Source: a virus
Reading direction: 5' to 3' (one strand)
IMG/VR virus record: IMGVR_UViG_3300012065_000001
Coordinates: 1-55,160 of that record
DNA: 55,160 nt
The number at the start of each line of letters is the position of its first letter. Position 1 is the first letter of the stretch. This document shows, one piece after another, positions 51,585-55,160 of the stretch. The notes below the pieces were generated by a model. The model was not told where the DNA came from, ran no database searches, and worked only from the letters and a program-made list of their open reading frames with translations. The translations under genes and the position numbers were made by a program.

Positions 51585-52353
51585 GAATTATTTTTCGCCT
51601 GAAATGATGTTGAAATATATGTCTACAAGCCAATTCAAGAGCTTTGAAAATTGTGAGGCTGCGGCATTGGCAGAGGTCAGGAATGAGTACGCAAAAGATA
51701 GAGCTGTTTACAAAGAAGGTCATTATTTCGAGGCATGCATAACCGGCAATGAGGAACTATTCTTACTCCAAAATCCCGATATGGTTTCCAGCCGAGGGGC
51801 CACCAAGGGCGAATTGAAAAGCAATTTTAAAAAAGTCATCGGGAGCGTGGAAGCCTTTAAGCGGCAGGAAATGCTTATGGATATCGTAAGCCGCTGCGAG
51901 AAACAGGTGATTGTCACCGGCGAAATTGCCGGCGTACCGTTTAAGGGTTGCGTTGACTTCCTGGACCCGGAAATGTTGGAAGGCTTTGATTCCAAATGCG
52001 TAAGAGACTTCAAAAAAGTTTGGAGCGAAACCGATAAGATGAAAATCGGATGGTATTTTGCATACGGATACCATTACCAAGCTGCGATTTATAAGGAACT
52101 CATAAGGCAAACTTATGGCAGAGCAGGCCAACAATACATATTAGCTGTAAGCAAAGAGGAAATACCGGACGTTACCGCGCTCTATTTTTCGGACGAAATT
52201 CTGGACAATGCATTAGAAATAATCAAAGAATACGCCCCCAGATACGCCAAAATCAAAGCGGGATTAATTACACCGGAACCATGCAGTACATGTGATTATT
52301 GTAAGTCTCAAAAGGTTTTGACTGGTTTTGATATGATAATGGAGTTTGAATAG
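51568..52353 (+). CDS. PD-(D/E)XK nuclease (RecB/Cas4-like exonuclease)
   Basis: GCVDFLD..(n)..VRDFKK core; YHYQAAIY; C-terminal CSTCDYC plus N-terminal Cys (Cas4-type cluster). Confidence 0.7.
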   Translation: MQLTNENYFSPEMMLKYMSTSQFKSFENCEAAALAEVRNEYAKDRAVYKEGHYFEACITGNEELFLLQNPDMVSSRGATKGELKSNFKKVIGSVEAFKRQEMLMDIVSRCEKQVIVTGEIAGVPFKGCVDFLDPEMLEGFDSKCVRDFKKVWSETDKMKIGWYFAYGYHYQAAIYKELIRQTYGRAGQQYILAVSKEEIPDVTALYFSDEILDNALEIIKEYAPRYAKIKAGLITPEPCSTCDYCKSQKVLTGFDMIMEFE

Positions 52354-52396
52354 TATTAATAATAATAAATAGTTGATATCAACAAGGAGGTTTTAA

Positions 52397-53827
52397 GTGA
52401 AAACAACAAAATTAAAAATCAAAAATGTACTTGGAATAAAAGAATTAGAGCTTAACGGTGAATCCGTTGAGCTCACCGGAACAAACGGAGCCGGGAAGTC
52501 ATCTGTACTTGACGCAATCAGAAAGGCCCTGACGAACGACTTTCCGCGTGATGTTATTGTCCGGCAGGGCGAAAATGAAAGCGAAATTCTGATTGAAACA
52601 GATTCTGGCCTAAAGGTTGAGCGGAAAATTCGGGCTGATAAAGCCGACTACTTCAAGGTGACAGAAAACGGCAAGCAGATTCCTGGACCACAAACATTTC
52701 TGAATGAAATTTTCACGCCCTTGCAGCTTAACCCTGTCCAATTTACGCAAATGTCGAGGCAGGAAAAGAACCGGATGATATTAGACTTAATCGAATTTGA
52801 CTGGGACTTGAATTGGATTAAGGATCAATTCGGCGAAATCCCAGCCGGCATTGACTACGAACAAAATATCTTACAAGTCTTGAATGATATCCAAGCTGAC
52901 AATGGCGAGTATTACAAGGATCGTCAAGAAATAAATTCGAGAGCCCTGCACCTACGAAAAACCATTGAGGATATAGCCTCTGAGATACCGGCGAATTACC
53001 AGGCTAAAAAATGGGAGGATTACAACCTGGGTGAAAAATACAAAGGGCTCGAAACCATCCGGAAGTCAAACAATGAAATCGAACGAGCAAAAGCTTTTAA
53101 AGACAGCTATGATGGCAAAATTCGAAGTTTGGAGGCCAATAAGCAAATCGCTATAACCGCCGAAGAGAAAGCCATTGCCAACGAAAAACAGGGGTTAGTA
53201 TCCAGTATTGAACGTCTTAAGGCCGAAATCAAGGCAGCGGAAGAAAAGCTGCTCACGCTGGACGATAAGCTAAAGGACAAAATCAAAATAGCAGAATCTG
53301 AGTACCGGGAGCAGGTCGCAAAGCTTGATAAAGACGTACAAATTGCCAACGAATACGCTGGCAAGGATATTGTTGATATATCTGACCTGCAATCCGAAAT
53401 CGAAACCGCCGAAAAGATGAAGCTGCACCTGAACGAGTACCGGCGCTTGATGAAAACAAAAGAAGAATGGAACGATCTGACCGAACAAAGCAAGGAATTG
53501 ACCCGGAAAATTGAGTTAGCGCGGGAGCTGCCTAGTGAGATATTGAGGACGGCCACAATACCAGTTAAGGGACTTACGGTTAAGGATGGCATACCGCTTG
53601 TAAATGGATTACCAGTAAGCAATTTGTCTGAGGGAGAACAATTGCAATTATGCGTTGACGTGGCAATCAGTAAGCCCAGCGGGTTGCAAATCATCCTGAT
53701 TGACGGCACCGAGAATTTGTCAACTGAAAACCGGAAACTGCTTTACCGGAAATGCAAGGAAAAGGGCTTGCAATTCGTTGCGACAAGGGTAACGGATGAC
53801 GACGAACTGATTGTGACGGCACTGTAA
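52397..53827 (+). CDS. SMC/RecF/SbcC-like AAA ATPase
   Basis: GTG after AAGGAGG; Walker A GTNGAGKSS; long coiled coil; LSEGEQLQL signature; Walker B IILIDGTE. Confidence 0.85.
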   Translation: MKTTKLKIKNVLGIKELELNGESVELTGTNGAGKSSVLDAIRKALTNDFPRDVIVRQGENESEILIETDSGLKVERKIRADKADYFKVTENGKQIPGPQTFLNEIFTPLQLNPVQFTQMSRQEKNRMILDLIEFDWDLNWIKDQFGEIPAGIDYEQNILQVLNDIQADNGEYYKDRQEINSRALHLRKTIEDIASEIPANYQAKKWEDYNLGEKYKGLETIRKSNNEIERAKAFKDSYDGKIRSLEANKQIAITAEEKAIANEKQGLVSSIERLKAEIKAAEEKLLTLDDKLKDKIKIAESEYREQVAKLDKDVQIANEYAGKDIVDISDLQSEIETAEKMKLHLNEYRRLMKTKEEWNDLTEQSKELTRKIELARELPSEILRTATIPVKGLTVKDGIPLVNGLPVSNLSEGEQLQLCVDVAISKPSGLQIILIDGTENLSTENRKLLYRKCKEKGLQFVATRVTDDDELIVTAL

Positions 53828-53850
53828 AAAGCAACAAGGGGGATACTTAT

Positions 53851-54228
53851 ATGACATACAGGCTTGTTATTGATGGTAATTTGCCCAACCTAAATGACTA
53901 TATAGAACAGCTCAATATTAACAAATTTCGAGGATCAGAATTTAAAAGGCAATCGAAACGGCTAGTAATAACACACATAAAGCGACAACTTAGGAACGTA
54001 AAAATATCAAAACCGGTACATATTGATTACTTATGGATTGAACCCAATCACAAACGCGATCTTGACAATATATGTTCGTTCGGCATGAAGGTAATCCAGG
54101 ACGCTCTTGTTTCAAGCGGCGTCCTGGAGAACGACGGATGGAAGAATATAGTTGGATTTACTCACCGATTTGCTGTGGATGCGAAGAACCCAAGAATTGA
54201 AATAACGATAAAGGAGCAAGTATCATGA
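53851..54228 (+). CDS. rusA: RusA-family Holliday junction resolvase
   Basis: 125 aa; KRDLDNICSFGMKVIQDALVSSGVLENDGW, a typical RusA Asp cluster. Confidence 0.8.
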   Translation: MTYRLVIDGNLPNLNDYIEQLNINKFRGSEFKRQSKRLVITHIKRQLRNVKISKPVHIDYLWIEPNHKRDLDNICSFGMKVIQDALVSSGVLENDGWKNIVGFTHRFAVDAKNPRIEITIKEQVS

Positions 54229-54632
54229 ACAATGTGATTTTATGCGGCCGGTTTACCCGTGACCATGACCTAAGATATTCCCAGGCCTCCGAGCCCATGG
54301 CAATTTTGTCAAACAGCTTGGCAGTAGGCCGAAAATACAAAAAAGACGAGACAGATTTTATTAACGTCAAAGCGTTCGGGAAAACGGCTGAAAATATTAA
54401 CAAGTTTTTCAGCAAGGGCAGGTTGATCCTTATCCGAGGTCATATCCAGACTGGCAGCTATGAAAATAAGGAGGGCCGGAAGATATATACAACCGATGTT
54501 ATTATTGACGATTTTGAATTTACCGGCGAGAAGAAACAGGAGGAAACAACCGTTAACGAGCAACCGGCCAATTATAGTTCGTACGCAAATTACGTAGAAG
54601 GTATTGAAGACGATGATTCTCTTCCTTTTTGA
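54225..54632 (+). CDS. ssb: Single-stranded DNA-binding protein
   Basis: OB-fold N-terminus MNNVILCGRFTRDHDLRY..; FINVKAFGKTAENI; acidic tail DDDSLPF. Confidence 0.9.
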   Translation: MNNVILCGRFTRDHDLRYSQASEPMAILSNSLAVGRKYKKDETDFINVKAFGKTAENINKFFSKGRLILIRGHIQTGSYENKEGRKIYTTDVIIDDFEFTGEKKQEETTVNEQPANYSSYANYVEGIEDDDSLPF

Positions 54633-54704
54633 AAGGGCGCGCATAATCGATTCAATAGCGAATATGTACAGCGATTTAGGTTAAGTAGCAAAGGGTGTGA
54701 ATAA

Positions 54705-55160
54705 ATGGCCAGCCCGCAAAAAGAAAATGGGTATACACCGATCGCAAACGAATTATTGGAGGCGTTCATAAGGAGCAATTTTAACATAACACAAAATAAA
54801 ATTGTTTTAACTGTTTGCCGATACACTTATGGATTTAGCCGAAAGAGCCATGAATTATCTGTGTCTTTTATAGCGGAGGCCATAAGCTGCAATGTGCGGC
54901 AAGTAAAGAGAGAATTGCACAACTTAATTGACCAGAATGTCATTAATGTTATTCAAGAGGCCTCCTTTAATTCGTCAAGAAAGTTAGCCCTTAACAAAAA
55001 CTATGAATCATGGGCTTGTCACCAGGTGGCGAACCAGTCACCAGGTGACTCTACAGACACCTCACCAGGTGACTCTACAGACACCTCACCAGGTGACTCT
55101 ACAGACACCTCACCAGGTGACTCTACAGACACCTCACCAGGTGACTCTACAGACACCTCA
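54705..55160 (+). CDS. Replication initiator, N-terminal lambda-O-like DNA-binding domain (3' partial; continues at nt 1)
   Basis: Not in the track because the frame has no stop before the window end. ATG 54705; ENGYTPIANELLEAFIRSNFNITQNKIVLTVCRYTYGFSRKSHELS matches the Phage_rep_O N-domain, then runs into the repeat array. Confidence 0.8.
   Translation, partial: MASPQKENGYTPIANELLEAFIRSNFNITQNKIVLTVCRYTYGFSRKSHELSVSFIAEAISCNVRQVKRELHNLIDQNVINVIQEASFNSSRKLALNKNYESWACHQVANQSPGDSTDTSPGDSTDTSPGDSTDTSPGDSTDTSPGDSTDTS
55035..55160. repeat. 24-bp tandem repeat array (1 degenerate copy, 4 perfect copies, plus 6 nt), same unit as nt 1-120
   Basis: Degenerate copy at 55035-55058 (first 3 nt differ); perfect copies at 55059, 55083, 55107 and 55131; a partial relative TCACCAGGTGGCGAAC just upstream. 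Confidence 0.95.

Larger units (their letters stand above)
1..55160. mobile_element. Complete, circularly permuted temperate phage genome (PBSX-like contractile tail; integrase plus attP present)
   Basis: Full set of replication, packaging, head, tail, lysis and lysogeny modules. The 102-nt terminal direct repeat (1-102 = 55059-55160) lies inside a split gene. Confidence 0.85.

Noticed and set aside
1-55160. Retron, DGR or other reverse-transcriptase-based system; recognisable defence islands (CBASS, RM, TA)
   Set aside because: No ORF shows RT motifs (YxDD) and there are no template/variable repeat pairs. The only modification gene is an orphan C5-MTase with no cognate nuclease, and no obvious toxin-antitoxin pair was recognised.

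Overview
The window is essentially one complete, circularly permuted ~55-kb genome of a temperate phage with a PBSX/Xkd-type contractile tail, from a low-GC Gram-positive (probably Clostridia-like) host. Nt 1-102 are identical to nt 55059-55160. Both ends lie inside a 24-bp tandem-repeat (iteron-like) array that sits in frame within a lambda-O-like replication initiator gene, so the contig appears to have been opened inside its own putative origin. Almost everything is on the + strand. Gene order: replication initiator C-terminus and DnaB helicase (1-1919); about 20 small early genes including HNH, DUF551, Lar-like, ASCH and thioredoxin-like proteins (1929-7953); an ArpU-like late regulator (7966-8355); a 659-bp ORF-free, hairpin-dense region that looks like a large structured RNA with an embedded tRNA-like module (8356-9014); a PLD-like protein, TerS, TerL, portal, gp7-like head morphogenesis protein, scaffold and major capsid (9015-17422) interrupted by moron cassettes; head-tail connectors with an inserted collagen-like protein and a BspA-type LRR protein (18148-21649); a free-standing HNH-AP2 endonuclease; sheath, tube, chaperone, a GIY-YIG endonuclease, tape measure and an XkdP-U-like baseplate plus fibres (22664-34298); the lysis cassette (34332-36304); about 8 kb of unannotatable cargo in terminator-bounded units (36318-43731); a c-di-GMP-I riboswitch with its own terminator (43828-43950); attP carrying a tRNA 3' fragment; integrase and CI-like repressor on the - strand (44597-46136); then the cro-like side with three 17-bp palindromic operators, an antirepressor, a C5 methyltransferase, and a recombination module (PD-(D/E)XK nuclease, SMC-like ATPase, RusA, SSB). 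The most noteworthy items are the candidate large ncRNA at the head of the late operon, the phage-borne c-di-GMP riboswitch next to attP, the methyltransferase whose recognisable motifs are split over two simultaneously open frames, three genes with strong SD sequences but only non-canonical start codons (ATT/ACG), and the Cys/Gly-rich cargo operons. All family assignments come from motif recognition by eye; no database search was run.
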